Positions 1 through 13,055 are shown, numbered from the whole stretch's first letter. The stretch is 63,715 nucleotides of DNA, filler included, from Vezdaea acicularis (GCA_026025075.1; 3 parts of 3 records of this genome joined end to end with filler, not necessarily neighbours in it), one strand, 5' to 3'. Notes: generated from the letters alone by a model not told the origin. Program-made: numbers and translations.

Positions 1-60
1 GGGGGGGGGGAGGGTGTGGGGAAAGGGATAAATATGATGGAGCTAGGAAACGTATAAGAC

Positions 61-1080
61 TCACTGTGCAACCGAGCCTTCTCTCGCCGGCTCCGGATAG
101 CCAAAGGTGTAGCTACCTTCGATGGGGTCGGGCCGGCACAGAAGGCCGACATTCCCCTTTTTAGACCCGCCGAACCAGTCCGCCGCACATACCGCCTGCC
201 TACTTGTTGGACTGCCCTCCAACACAGATGGGTGGTTCATCTCCCCTCTGCAAAAAATCGGCATGCCCCCCTCAAACGGGTTCATCCATACCGTTACTAC
301 GCCCACCGCCCTTCCCTGTGACGAGCTAGGTCCGAGCGCGCGCGCCTGCCGTTCTGGCATGAAGTAGACCGGTATAGGCGAGAAAGCGGAGGGCGGCGGG
401 TAAAGCCTGAAGAGGTTTGCGCGCGGTGGTAGGGCCTCGTCAATTCGATAATCGGCGTTATGGATTTCGCGCTGGACGCCGTTGTGGTCGGTAACGATCT
501 GTAAGGAGCCGCCGTAGGTCTCCTGGTCGAGGATCTCGGCGGCCGGGCGTCCTTGCTCCAGTAGGTCTTGGTAGTCGCCTTCGATGCAGAAGCAATGGTG
601 TTGGCAGTACAGGAAGACGCGGCGGAAGACGTCAGTCATGGCGGCGCCGCCAGGGGGAAGCCGTTCGAACAGCACCGTTGGAGGGGAGGTGTGGCGAGCG
701 CAGTAGCCGCCTGCACTGAAGGCTTTGATGGAGCCCCCGTAGGCGGGCTTGGCGCAGAGCTCGCGCAGGTTCTTGTAGACGGCGCTGAAACCGAGCCAGA
801 CCCGGTCGTTGCGGTGGTAGTCATCGGGAAGAAGCTCTTCGATATCGAGAAAAGTGGGGACTTCGCCGACGCAGCGGATTTGCGCTTCAGGGTCCCATCC
901 TATCATGCCTCGCATGCCGACGGGCGGGTCCTGAGGGATATGTCCTCTGGTGTATTGATAACGTTCCCATTCCTGTCCAACAATGATGCCTCGGGCTGCT
1001 AGGACTTGGCCAGGGAAAAACGTGGCTATGAGAGCGATCCAGAGTAGAACCTTTAAGGGGGGTTCTAGCACCGGAGGCAT
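61..1080 (-). CDS. Putative secreted Cys-rich repeat-module protein, unknown family; probably continues via an intron off the left edge
   Basis: ATG at 1080 (MPPVLEPPLKVLLWIALIATFFPGQVLA, signal-peptide-like). Two similar Cys/GG modules: LCAKPAYGGSIKAFSAGGYC and VCAADWFGGSKKGNVGLLC. The apparent stop overlaps a GTGAGT donor at 64-59. Confidence 0.7.
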   Translation of the reverse strand: MPPVLEPPLKVLLWIALIATFFPGQVLAARGIIVGQEWERYQYTRGHIPQDPPVGMRGMIGWDPEAQIRCVGEVPTFLDIEELLPDDYHRNDRVWLGFSAVYKNLRELCAKPAYGGSIKAFSAGGYCARHTSPPTVLFERLPPGGAAMTDVFRRVFLYCQHHCFCIEGDYQDLLEQGRPAAEILDQETYGGSLQIVTDHNGVQREIHNADYRIDEALPPRANLFRLYPPPSAFSPIPVYFMPERQARALGPSSSQGRAVGVVTVWMNPFEGGMPIFCRGEMNHPSVLEGSPTSRQAVCAADWFGGSKKGNVGLLCRPDPIEGSYTFGYPEPAREGSVAQ

Positions 1081-1965
1081 GATGTATATGTGGAATTTAG
1101 ACAGAGAAGCTAACAATAAGCATAAGAGTACATTGAATAAGTATACACCATTCTAAACTTGTAGGAGGGTGTCGATGACATGATCGAAGTAATGAAAGAT
1201 TGAAAGAAGTATAGAGACGAGTCGTACTTCCATTGCAACGAACTTTCTGCGTTTCCCACTCGGACTATTAGTTGTCTGACGTAGGGCTTGGCCTAGCTCT
1301 GCGGCATTTTGCCAGTTTTGCACCGTCGATGAGACATTGCGACAAGCTGAAACGTTTGAAGTTCATGGTTGCGATTATCCAGGTCCTTAACGTTGGGCTT
1401 ATAACGCAAACAGGATATGCCCTGCAGTGAGGAGAGCTATCGGTGCTTTGCTGGCTGGATAAGGCTAAGTTCCCCTCCACTGGGGTTCGTAGAAACATAG
1501 ATCGTTCTGGACCTACGGTAGCCGCCACTCCCACCAAAACCCAACGGATCAATTATCTTTCGAATGGACGCAACGTCCAACTTCATAATCATGAGTTAGG
1601 ATCAACTCTATGAGAATCTGTAGTAGACAAAGGCGATAGTATATTCCTGTATACCCTTGAGTACTGCGGATCCATGCCTTGGCGCATCCCCATGATCATA
1701 TAGTAGGTCGCGAGAGGCCGACTTAGCGCAGAGTCAACGCAACCAAAGTGAGTGGGTATGTGACAACCAGCTGAGATCGCAATATGTTTTAGGCTCTCTA
1801 CAGGTGCAGAGAATCACTGCATATTAGTGGTTTCGATTGTAATACTATAATCGATGTCGCCTAACTCCTTACACAGAAGACTGGAATCATATCTGAAGAC
1901 GTAAGGAAATGCTGAACGCAAGAAAACGGAAGTCAAACGCCTCGACTGTACAGCCTTCATTGTAC

Positions 1966-2744
1966 TCACTCGATGTCCTCATCGATTACAATGCCTGAGC
2001 CGCCATGATCCCCTCCGTTAAAACGACCCCCTTCACCCATCATGCCGTGCCTAGGGGCATTGCCAAACCTACCGTTACCCGACCTTCCCCCAAGTCCCCT
2101 TCCGCCGCCATGCATTGTTCCTAACCCACCCCTTTCTCCATGCATTAAACCGGGGCCACCACCATATTGTCCCATTTGCAAATCTCCAGGATATGTCGCT
2201 GCAGACATGCCTCCGTACATGTTTCCGTACATGCTTGGATCACCGCCCATTCCTGACATGGCGTACGGATTCATTGGATTTCCAAAGGGATCACATGATT
2301 GTGCACCCCAAAACGTATTCCGGGGATTCATCATACCCGCTGTAGCCATGGAGCGCGTTACCCCGGCCGCGACGCCTTCTGCTATATGCGCCGCGGTATC
2401 CGTATCGCTGATTGTAATTGCGAGGGTAGTTGCTGTAGGGCGTTGGCCACTGAGATCAGCCGGACGATTCAGCTAATGCTTCTTATCAAAGCGAGTGAAG
2501 TTTCTTATGCTTACTACCGTGTTCTGTACATGTTCGGGCCCATAAATTGCCTCTCGTACATGGAGTATTGTTGCGCCATCATGGGGTCCATCATGGCCAT
2601 GTCAGCCGGATAACCGTGGGCCATTCCGGGGACCATTCCGGGGGTCATTCCAGCGTATGGGTTCATTTCGAAGCCATTTCCGTATACGCCACCACCACCA
2701 GGATAGCGGCGATGGCCGTTGTACGGGCCAATAGCACCATTCAT
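1966..2744 (-). CDS. Gly/Met/Tyr-rich low-complexity hypothetical protein (exon structure unresolved)
   Basis: Two co-oriented ORFs (2744-2514 and 2349-1966) share the MNPYA motif and the GM-rich composition. GTAAGC donor-like site at 2514. Confidence 0.45.
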
Positions 2745-3658
2745 TGTTCACGATGTAATGATCTGTAGTAGAACAGGGTTCTGATGTGGGGCTGCTTCGT
2801 TTGGATTGGATCCAGTGGACAGGTCCAGCCGGTCGCGGGTCTATATGAAAGCAGAAAGAATGCACGTCGAGAGAAAAGGACTTAGAAAAGAGAGGCGCCC
2901 CGGTCTCTCGGGGCGACTTAATATATCAGGGATTCATTCATATTGGAGCCTCGTCTGAGCGGGGTACAAGCAAAAAACTTCACAGCCTCCCTGAAGTCGT
3001 CACAAGCCTCTCATCATCACTGTACACAGCGCATGCTCTTCACATGGCTTGCGTAATAGACCGGAGACATGCAGATTTGAAAGCTCCAGACTGGATAGAT
3101 CAGCGATTAGCTCCATGAAGGTGTGGACAAAATTCGCCGCGTCGCACTGATCGGGCACAGACCATGGTAGCTTTACCTTAAAGTTAGGCTGTCGTGGCAC
3201 AAAGAAGGCAACAGGTTCCCTAGATGTAGAATCTCCAAGTCGAAGCCGGGGGCATCTCATTCGACCGTGGATCGTCAAACGGGGAAGACTTGATCCCAGC
3301 AATATACTGTTTCGCTGATTGGATAATGTTGTATGTCAGCAGCACTCGTTCGCGGGAAGTAGCGAAACGAGATCTGGTCGCTCTCAAGCGGGGCGTAATT
3401 AGGTCGGCAAATAAAGTGAGGCGGTCGCCCCACGTATCTGCAGCTCGACAAGTCAAGACTTCACCCTCTAGCCAAGTCATCTTGGTCAGGCAGGAATTTA
3501 TCAGTACATTTGCTGGACTTCTAAATAATGATGCAGAGCTCCTCCATAAACTGATTACAGATTGAAGGGCGCAGCCAATACGTCGAGTATACGGTAGGGA
3601 GTAGGGACTATCCTACCGTTATCGATTCCATTTCGACCACTACTATTTTATTCGGATG

Positions 3659-5757
3659 TCAAGCACGCTGCAACCCGTACGGACTAAACCACTCTTGATC
3701 GAGTAACCTTAGTACCGCCTCCGCACGGGAGCTAGCATCCAGCTCATTCTCTCCTTGGCCCTCTATGTAGACTGCCACACGAGTTAGCGTGGACTCCTTT
3801 CGAAACCAGACGTAACAGAAGAGAAATGTGCACGCCTTGTCAGCTGTCTTCATGGGTGGTGGTGCAAATATCTTCTAGCGTCCACAAGCTATGATAAAGC
3901 CAAATATGTTCTTCATACCTTTGATTTTAGGTTCTGTGCCAGAACATCGCACCGTGAAATGAACCCCATTATCTAGATCACAGGTGATCATCTGATTGCC
4001 TTCAACTATGGGTAGATGGGCCCGATGATCGCTGGTAGTGGAGTCGTAGCCAGTGGTCATATCCCTCCATCCCTTTACACGCCAAGAGCCAAGCGAAGTC
4101 AGATGAGGATTTCCGAGGCTTCTGATGTTGTCAAAGACCCGGTTCGTCACTGTGGGATCCAGAGACGTGAAATATGTGTTAGCATTCTCAAAGTAGCCAT
4201 ACCTTTGGTACAGTTGCTGGAGTTTCTGCCATGGAGTGAGTCCTTCTTTTGACCTCCAGTATAAGATCGCTTTAAGGAAGACGATCCCGGCCGCAACTGC
4301 GTCTTTATCATACGCAACCTCCGTGAACATATACCCCAGAGCTTCTTCGAACCCGTATGCGACCTGATAGCCGTCCTCACGAAGTTGCAGAGCTAGACTC
4401 CCAAGCCACTTGAAGCCCGTCAGCGTCTCCTGATGGTGAAAACCTTCGCGTTCCGCCATCTTTCGGACCATAGATGTAGATACTGCGGTGCTGAGTATAG
4501 CAAGCTTGAGTCGGGAGGAACCGCTTAATCGAGAGTTTTCCTCCATAACGTATGCAGCTAGAAGCACCCCAACTTGATCTCCCGTGAACTGGTGCCACTT
4601 CCCACTTAGAAAAAACGTAAGAGAAGGTGAGATAATATAGGGGTTGCCAACCTACTTTACTCTCTCAGCAGCTGCCAGCCTATCGGCATCGGGATCATTT
4701 GCAATGATCAAGTCAATCTTATGTTCATTCGCACTAGCAATGGCCAAATCTAAGGCACCCCTTTCTTCTGGATTTGGAAATTTGACAGTTGGGAAGTTAG
4801 GATCAGGCATGGCCTGCTCTTTCACTACACTCATGCCCGAAAAGCCCTCCTGGAGACATGCTTCCCTCATAAAGGATTCTCCGACCCCATGCAAAGGGGT
4901 ATAAACGAATGCTAGCTTCTCCGGATGAGCTTCACTGCGTATTTCTCCAGGAAGCCTTCTGATACTATTGAAATATGCTGCTTTGACAAAGTCTATTGAT
5001 CCTTCAACCAGCAAATTATCTTGATCTACCAGACTTGGGTCCCAGCTCAATGGTTCCAGATTATTCCTGATTGATACAGCAATCTCTTTGTCATGGGGCG
5101 GTGTGATCTGGCACCCGTTCGACCAGTAGACTTTGTAGCCGTTGTCTCGGGCAGGATTCTCAAATTCAAGTTAGTGAGGCTGAAAGGAAGTAGCACCACA
5201 ATTTACTGACATGACTCGCAGTAATCATCACTCCAGCTGCGGCCCGTAGTTCAGTAACACCAAAAGGCACCATAGGCGTATGCACAAGGTCTTCGTACCA
5301 CCAGACTTTGATCCCTTTTGTCACAAAGGCAGTAGCCGTCAATTTTGCATATCTCTCGGAATTGTGCCGGGCATCGTGACCAATGACAACCCCCTTCACA
5401 GAAGTGTCCTTGTCGACCCGTAAAAGATATGCTGCTAGGCCTTGTGATGCTTGGATGACTGTCAAGGCGTTAATTCTAGAAAAGCCAGCTCCCATGCGTG
5501 CCCGTAGGCCTATCCAAAGAGCGTAAGCGCATCATATCTATAAGAGGATCCGTCGGCCTCACCAGCGGTACCAAATGTGAGCCCTATACATTGTTAAAGT
5601 TGGCAATATTTGGTGGTAGGGGATTGATACGTGTTCGCAAGCGTTTTTCGAGCTCCACTCTATTATTCTCCTCGAGAAGATGGCGTATCACTGTAGTCGT
5701 TGCCTCGTCTTGGTCAAGACGAAGCCATTCCCGCGCTAGATTTTCGATCGGTTCCAT
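3659..5757 (-). CDS. PGM3: Phosphoglucomutase/phosphopentomutase (PGM2/Pgm3-Prm15 subfamily), ~5 introns
   Basis: Start MEPIENLAREWLRLD; FGTAG; catalytic TASH|NP; metal loop DPDADR; TLTGFKW; FEEALG; RCSGTEPKIK. Confidence 0.9.
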
Positions 5758-6327
5758 TATAAGAATGGTTTACCCCTACAGATTTTAAACAGAGAATGAT
5801 TGCAGATGGCTACTTGAGGGACAATGGGGGATATCTATAGGGCGAGATCGAAGGAAGACACGTATAAAGTTGCAGCAGTTATTGTGTAAAAGATTGAAAA
5901 GCGTTTAGGCGACACTTTAACTCGACTGTAGATACTTTATAAGCTGCGACTGATCTGATCTAACTACTGAATGTCTGCCCTTTGCTGGGCTGCGATCATG
6001 ACCTCGTTGGGTTGCATGCAGTTCCGAAAGATACCGGAGCAACGAAGCATTTATGAAATCGCTAAAGTGGCCTTGTTGGAGGTAGCAGTCCTCCGTACTA
6101 CGGGAACCACTCCATCGCGCATAGCACAATAGACTTATATATCCCTATGTCGACTGGCAACCCCCCTCCCACTAAGGTATTCAAGTGATCTTCTCCCTGT
6201 AGTCGATGAACCCCGAAAACCCAGTGCTATTATACGTACCATACATAGAGTATTGTTCCTCAATATGTGGGTCTTGATAAAGCATTTCAACCTTGAACAG
6301 CTTTAAGGAAGCGTACGCACCGCTATT

Positions 6328-8080
6328 ATGCAGCGAAATACCATTCTCTCTCGTCAGCGGGTGGAAAGTCTCATTGCAGAGGGTAATAGTATCATAATTG
6401 TTGATGGGAAAGTGTTGAAAGTGGACGCATGGCTGAAATATCACCCGGGTGGTGATAAGGCCATTCGACATATGATTGGACGAGATGCTACGGATGAAGT
6501 CAATGCGTATGCTAATCGCCTTCACCCTCCCCGATTATTTGTCCATTAACTATTATGACAGCTTGCACTCCAAAGAAGCGAGACTGCGAATGACTTCATA
6601 TCAAATTGGCCAGATTGGAGGCCGATGGCAGAATTTCTTACCGCCAATCCAAGGGGGAAAGTTCAGGTCGTATCCTGAGGAACTTGAGGAAAACTCAACC
6701 TTCGAGAGTGATATAGAAGCGCCACTGAATTCGAGCGGAGAGGCATTACAGTCACCATCGCCATTGTTTGAGCCAGTCAATGTTTCGGCATCCTTTAGCC
6801 GTCAACGGACCATGAACCGAACCCCAAGCGCATCTGGAAGGACATCGCCTACATCCTCAATATCCTCCATGGAAAATGACGCCTTGCTCCCGGCCTCGTC
6901 CTCTGGTCAATCACATCTTGATAGCAGAACACGGAAGGAACTTGATCTTGACCTCTCGAAATACCCTAATCTGGCCCCTTCAGTACAGGATGAAATCGTT
7001 CGGAAGTATCGTGCGCTGGACCAACGGATACGTGAAGAAGGTCTTTATCAATGTAACTACACCGCCTATCTCTTCGAGGCGTTTCGTTACACACTCCTGT
7101 TTGTTATGTGCCTTCTTAGTCTCCATTACGGCTGGTATAGTACTTCCGGAGTCTTTCTTGGTGCTTTTTGGCACCAATTGGTCTTCACAGGCCATGATGC
7201 TGGGCATATGGGTATTACTCACAACTTTCAAGTTGATACAATAATCGGAATTATTGTTGCCGACTTTATGGGCGGGCTGAGTATTGGATGGTGGAAACGC
7301 AATCACAACGTTCATCACATCGTCACGAACTCTCCCGAGCACGATCCCGATATCGAACATATGCCTTTCTTTGCAGTTTCACACCGCTTCTTATCTTCCC
7401 TTCGCTCTACATATTACGAAAAAGTGATGAGATACGACACCATTGCTCAGTTCACCATCAGGTATCAGAATTGGTTGTACTACCCCCTCCTCACCTTTGG
7501 TCGATTTAACCTTTACCGGTTGGGCTGGGAATATTTAATATTAGGCCAAGGCCCGAAGAAGGGACCTGCTTGGTGGCACCGCTGGTTTGAAATCCTAGGC
7601 CAAGTATTCTTTTGGACTTGGTACGGCTACGGTATGGTGTATTGCAGTATTCCGAATTTCTGGGGGCGCTTTGTTTTCATCATGATTAGCCATATGATTA
7701 CAATGCCTTTACATCTCCAGATAACTCTGAGTCATTTTGGCATGAGCACCGCTGATCTAGGAGTCGACGAGTCCTTCCCGCAAAGAATGTTACGTACCAC
7801 CATGGATATCGAGTGCCCTGCTTGGCTAGACTTTTTCCATGGCGGGCTGCAATTTCAGGCAATACACCATCTATACCCCAGGATTCCAAGGCACAATCTA
7901 AGGAGAACACAGAAGCTTGTCCAGGACTTCTGCAACGAGGTCAATATTCCTTATGCGCTCTATGGATTCATTGATGGAAATAAAGAGGTTATAGGAAGGT
8001 TGGCGGACGTCGGCCGTCAAGCGGCTATACTCGCTGAATGTCAGAAAAAGCTTGTAGAGAAAGATGGAATGAATCATTAA
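6328..8080 (+). CDS. SLD1: Sphingolipid delta-8 desaturase with N-terminal cytochrome b5 domain; intron 6507-6561
   Basis: b5 HPGG motif; His boxes HDAGH, HNVHH and QAIHH; HDPDIEH. Confidence 0.9.
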
Positions 8081-8431
8081 GCATCGAATAGCTTCAAGGA
8101 GCATTGTCTAGATATCCATAGCAGACGGCGTTGGCACGTATAATTATGCAAGGGTCGGAAAGTAGACTAGAAGGCTCATCGCAGCCATGATACATAACTA
8201 GACCTTTCAAACTGGGTGATCTATGTCCATATGCTGCTTTTAAGTTTGAGACACGACTTAGACAAATCTTCGATTATAATCAGTGCTCCGTTTCAAGCCT
8301 TTCCTAAGATCATATATCTAATAGTCAGACTCGCTCCCTCGTCAATCAACTTAGACTCCGACCGAGTATCGAGAAACTTGCCTGCTGATAACAATAGGCT
8401 GAAATTGCATGGGCCTTCTTACTTGCCTAAG

Positions 8432-8980
8432 ATGCCGAAAAAAGAGAAAAGACCCCGAAAGCGCAAGTTGCGAACGCAAGGCGCGTCAGACCTGGTCCTC
8501 GATTGTCAATATACTAATTGTGGCAGAACTTCCGCCTCCCTCCTCGAACGGTTCCTCAGTGTCCCCATCTCCGGTAAAAGAAGTGTGCATAAACCCCTCT
8601 CTTTTGATTTCAAAACGCTAAAACCTCTCGAGCGCGCTGGATCTCCCTCACCATTTCCTCAACAGAAGCCATCTGATTGCGTCATTGGCTCTCCAGCATC
8701 TCGCACACCTGAACCTACGTCTTCCAACCCCCAAGCGTTCCCCTCTCCACCCCCGGACAATCCCGTACCACCCAAGTACTCTACGGCTGAGGCATTTGAA
8801 AGATACTACATGCAACGCATCACTACTGAGTTTGCTGATGATCTGGACAAGATCCGGGCGGCTGGCGACTTTAGAAACAGTTCTGTAGAGGTGCTAGTTG
8901 CTGCACTGAAGCAGGGAATGGAGCTTTTTACGGAGGAAGAGAAAAGAAAGGTTGTAGCCGATGGAAGGGAAGTGTCGTAG
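8432..8980 (+). CDS. RSA3: Ribosome assembly protein 3-like
   Basis: Basic N-terminus KRPRKRKLRT and C-terminal Rsa3-like FERYYMQRITTEFADDLDKIRAAGDF...LVAALKQG. Confidence 0.75.
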   Translation: MPKKEKRPRKRKLRTQGASDLVLDCQYTNCGRTSASLLERFLSVPISGKRSVHKPLSFDFKTLKPLERAGSPSPFPQQKPSDCVIGSPASRTPEPTSSNPQAFPSPPPDNPVPPKYSTAEAFERYYMQRITTEFADDLDKIRAAGDFRNSSVEVLVAALKQGMELFTEEEKRKVVADGREVS

Positions 8981-9119
8981 AAGAAATAGAAAGTGCAGGG
9001 CACCGCGACTGTCTTGTGTGAGACCTAGGTCTTTCTCTGTTTGGGTCCTCTTTCAAATTTTTTAGTCTCGCCAGTATTGAGTGTGTTTTATTACAACTAT
9101 TAAGGACTTTTCTGGTTAA

Positions 9120-9217
9120 GTCACGGTGCCAGAGTGGTTAATGGGTAAGACTTGAATTTCTCGAAATCCAGGCATCTTATGGCTTCGGCCTCGCATGTTC
9201 GAATCATGTCCGTGACG
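9120..9217 (+). tRNA. tRNA-Ser(UGA) with a 17-nt intron (9157-9173)
   Basis: Acceptor stem GTCACGG/CCGTGAC plus G discriminator; D-loop AGAGTGGTTAA; anticodon arm TAAGA-CT-TGA-A...A-TCTTA; long variable arm; T-loop GTTCGAATC; followed by an oligo-T Pol III terminator. Confidence 0.92.
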
Positions 9218-9498
9218 TTTTTTGTCCCCCGGATAAATCTAGTTTTTGCATGCTTGTGGTTGACATTACACAGTAGTAGCCGTTGTGATTGATGTCTTAC
9301 GCCGTCGGTGCTTCACGTGGGGTCATATGGATTGGCGGGGTCTGTGGGGTCCTATGAAGCGGACTTCCGTACCTTCATTAACGCCACAAACGGCTGTACC
9401 ACGCTTCTATGCATCCTCAGGTGTTCCTGCATTGAACTAATGGTAAATACTGCCTCCATTATTGCTTAGCTGGAGTATACCTTATTCCTGCCTCCGCA

Positions 9499-11290
9499 AT
9501 GGAATTCGAAGTTTCGTATACTCTCGACGACGAGCAACAATTCTGGGATGGTATGCCCCACTCCCGAATTAGTTGATAGATGTTGATAGGTTTAAGTAGC
9601 TGACAATGATTCTGTGTGTGCGCTGCAGAGTTGGACGATATTGTATCCGCACATTGCGACAATAGCCACTCGATCGATACCGCATTAAGAAACTATTTGA
9701 CCTTTACTTCTAATTATCGAGGTATGCGGCGAACATTCACAGAAGATGAACGAGAGCGTGAAACTGACACTCAGGTAGAGGAGTACCTCAATTCTGAGTA
9801 TGACATTGCCCGCTGCTCCTGCAAGCTCCTCGACTCCTCTCTTTTCGCCGCTCATAAAGATTATGTCCGAACGCAAATAGTATATGCGTTACTCCAAGTA
9901 CGGCCTCCCTCCACGACCTAAAAAACCATGGCATTGGTGTTGGTTATAGCAAGTTGGGGCTTATATCAGAGACTAGGAAGATGAAACCAATGACCTGCAC
10001 CTTATAACGTCATGCTTGCTGTTTGATGGACGGCGTAATGAACCGACATTTGAGCTGATGAATAAGGAGGGCGCGTTCGTACGGCTGGTCGAGTTGATCC
10101 GCGACAACAAGGATGATGAACTAGGGCTCCATCGCATGCTGCTTGAACTAATGTACGAGATGTCAAGAATCCAAAGGTTGAGCTTAGAGGACCTAGGTGC
10201 GTTCGTTGGAGAGGAGGTGGCTATCAGGCTCTAAGAAAATCCCACTGACAGTTCTGGACTAATAGGACAAATCGATGACAGCTTTGTTATGTACCTCTTC
10301 ACTCTGATAGAAGAGCTGAGTGCTGATGCCGACGATCCCTACCACTATCATGTAATTCGCGTCCTCCTTGTCCTGAACGAGCAATATATGGTCTCTACGC
10401 ACGCGTCGCCCATCTCATCAAGCTCCTCCCACACACCCCCAACAAACCGCATAATAAAGCATCTCTCACTCAACCCATCCCACAAAACCTTCGGTGCCTC
10501 CTTGCTTCTTCTTCTAAACCGCGAATCGGAAACATCTCTTCAATTATTAATCCTAAAGCTTCTATACCTTCTATTCACCACCCCTCCAACCCGAGAGTAC
10601 TTCTATACCAACGACCTACATGTTCTAGTTGATGTCGCAATTCGCAACTTGCTAGATCTTCCAGACTCTGCTCAAGCTTTACGTCACACCTATCTGCGGG
10701 TGCTTTACCCATTACTAGTAAACACGCAGCTTCGCCACCCACCCCACTACAAATCTGACGAGCTGCGGCAAACCCTTCGGATCCTGCGGGGCTCGGAAGG
10801 GCGTGCACGCCACTTCGAAGAGGTAGATGACACGACTATCCGACTTGTCGAGCGGTGTGAGGGTGTCTCCTGGCTCAAAGTGAACCCAGAAGAGCCCAAA
10901 AATGGGGCCGGTGATGCTGAGCCGAACGGTGAGGCAGACTCGGGCAAAGATGTTCAAACAGGAGGTGAGAAGAACGGAGGTGGGGTCCGCATGACGGGTC
11001 CACCTCCTGTACCCCCATCGCGGCAGCAAACAAGGCAACAAGCGAAGAACAAGTTGTTGGGAATGGGCATAGAGAGCGCGAGGGCGAGCAGTCTGAGCGT
11101 GTTAGAGGTCGCGCGAGTGAGTGAGCGGCCTGGAGTCGTGACTGGAAGTAAGCGGGAAGAAAGGAAAGTGGGGCGAAAAGGAGAGAATGGCCATGCGAAG
11201 GTTTGGCTGAACAGTAAAGATGGGGGAGAGTTAGAGATCGATATAGAGCTAAAGGGCCCGGACGTGGTGATCACTAAACCACCAGAATGA
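9499..11290 (+). CDS. LDB17: Ldb17/Dip1/SPIN90-family Arp2/3 activator (endocytosis), ~4 introns
   Basis: Start [17 protein letters not shown]; Leu-rich domain LLVLNEQYM...LLLLNRE...[13 protein letters not shown]; Pro-rich tail. Confidence 0.85.
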
Positions 11291-11700
11291 ACTAACCAGA
11301 TTACAAATAGATTATAATTACTTAATGGGTGGCGCCCTTGATGGCTAGCTCTATAGCGGGCGTCTGGGTTAAGCGGAATGCATTCGTTCAGGGAGCGAGA
11401 TGGGAGTTCGGGGTTTCATTCAGTCACGAAGCGTTGTTCGATTAGCTAGAACACTATGGTAACCTCGGTAGGCTTTTACTATAGATATTGCTTCCGCTAG
11501 ATAATTAAGAGGCATATTAACAGCACCAAGAGCCTCAAGATTGGACACGAGAACAGGTGCATTGAAAGTTTAACTGGATTGGTTTGCTAGCTAGGCCAAT
11601 ATATGGTTGCTTCAAAGCTAGGCTTAGAAGATCAGTAGCTCGAGATGGCGAGTCTTTCTTTTGTCTCCATCTCATCGCAAGGACGTCACCGAGTGAAAGC

Positions 11701-12303
<603 letters not shown>

Positions 12304-13013
12304 TCAGTTTCCTATCCTCAGCTTCAAAAAGAACTTTGAAGGTTGGGAACAAAGAGATGAGTCGCATAGCTGTAGATATCGAGGAGTAGTCACACATACC
12401 TAGACAAAAGTTTGTCGTCCTGAGCCAGGTTGCAGATTGTGGTTGATAATCGACCAACTAAGCCTTCCAACGATTTCGCGAAGTTCCCATGAATTTCGGT
12501 TGTGTGCCGAAGCTGGGGCGCCACGGGCGCTGAGCAGTCCGGGTCACCTGACCGAATCAAACGAAGCGCTGGAAAATCGCGCTTGCGGCTACGTTGCTGT
12601 AGTGATTCTAGCCGAGTGTTTACTCGCTCCTCAAGAGCCGTTGGGATCAAGCTTCGAGTCTAAAACCTCAGATTCTGCGCATCTCCCTCATCACCCCTCA
12701 AACTAAACATACATATCACAATTCGAAGCTCACCACAAAGCACGAATTACACATTTGAATCTATCCTATTTTGGCAAGGCCTCGAGGAGCTTTGTTCCGT
12801 TGAAAAGCTCCTGCACGGGAGAGCAAATCTCTCTTTAACCCTAGGGTCGACAATAAGACCCTCCCTTCATACCTGGAGCTCTTAATTGAGCCTTCAGCTT
12901 CTACTGGGTACAAACTAAAGCTTTAATATTGCCCGGCCGAACGGCTTGCGCTGCGTGAGGTACGAACAGAGCTGGATCAGACAATCCCTCAGTAGAGATT
13001 TGCTAACCCTAGA

Positions 13014-13055
13014 ATGCAGTCTCGGACCAATAGATACGACCCTCCTGTATCTTGA
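13014..13055 (+). promoter_or_regulatory. Candidate uORF (MQSRTNRYDPPVS*) just after a 5'-UTR intron 12960-13012 of ACE2
   Basis: GTACGA...GCTAAC-CCTAG intron; ATG at 13014 and TGA at 13053-13055, ending 37 nt before the main ATG. Confidence 0.5.

Noticed and set aside
2896..2915. CGCCCCG-GTCTCT-CGGGGCG hairpin as a terminator or MITE end
   Set aside because: Only a 7-bp stem, with no partner repeat or target-site duplication; expected by chance.
3000..3565. Short ORFs between the Gly/Met gene and PGM
   Set aside because: No recognisable motif or consistent splice structure.
9120..9217. tRNA with TGA as a selenocysteine or opal-suppressor tRNA
   Set aside because: Anticodon UGA reads UCA (Ser). 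Sec/opal tRNAs have anticodon UCA. The 7-bp acceptor stem and long variable arm fit tRNA-Ser.
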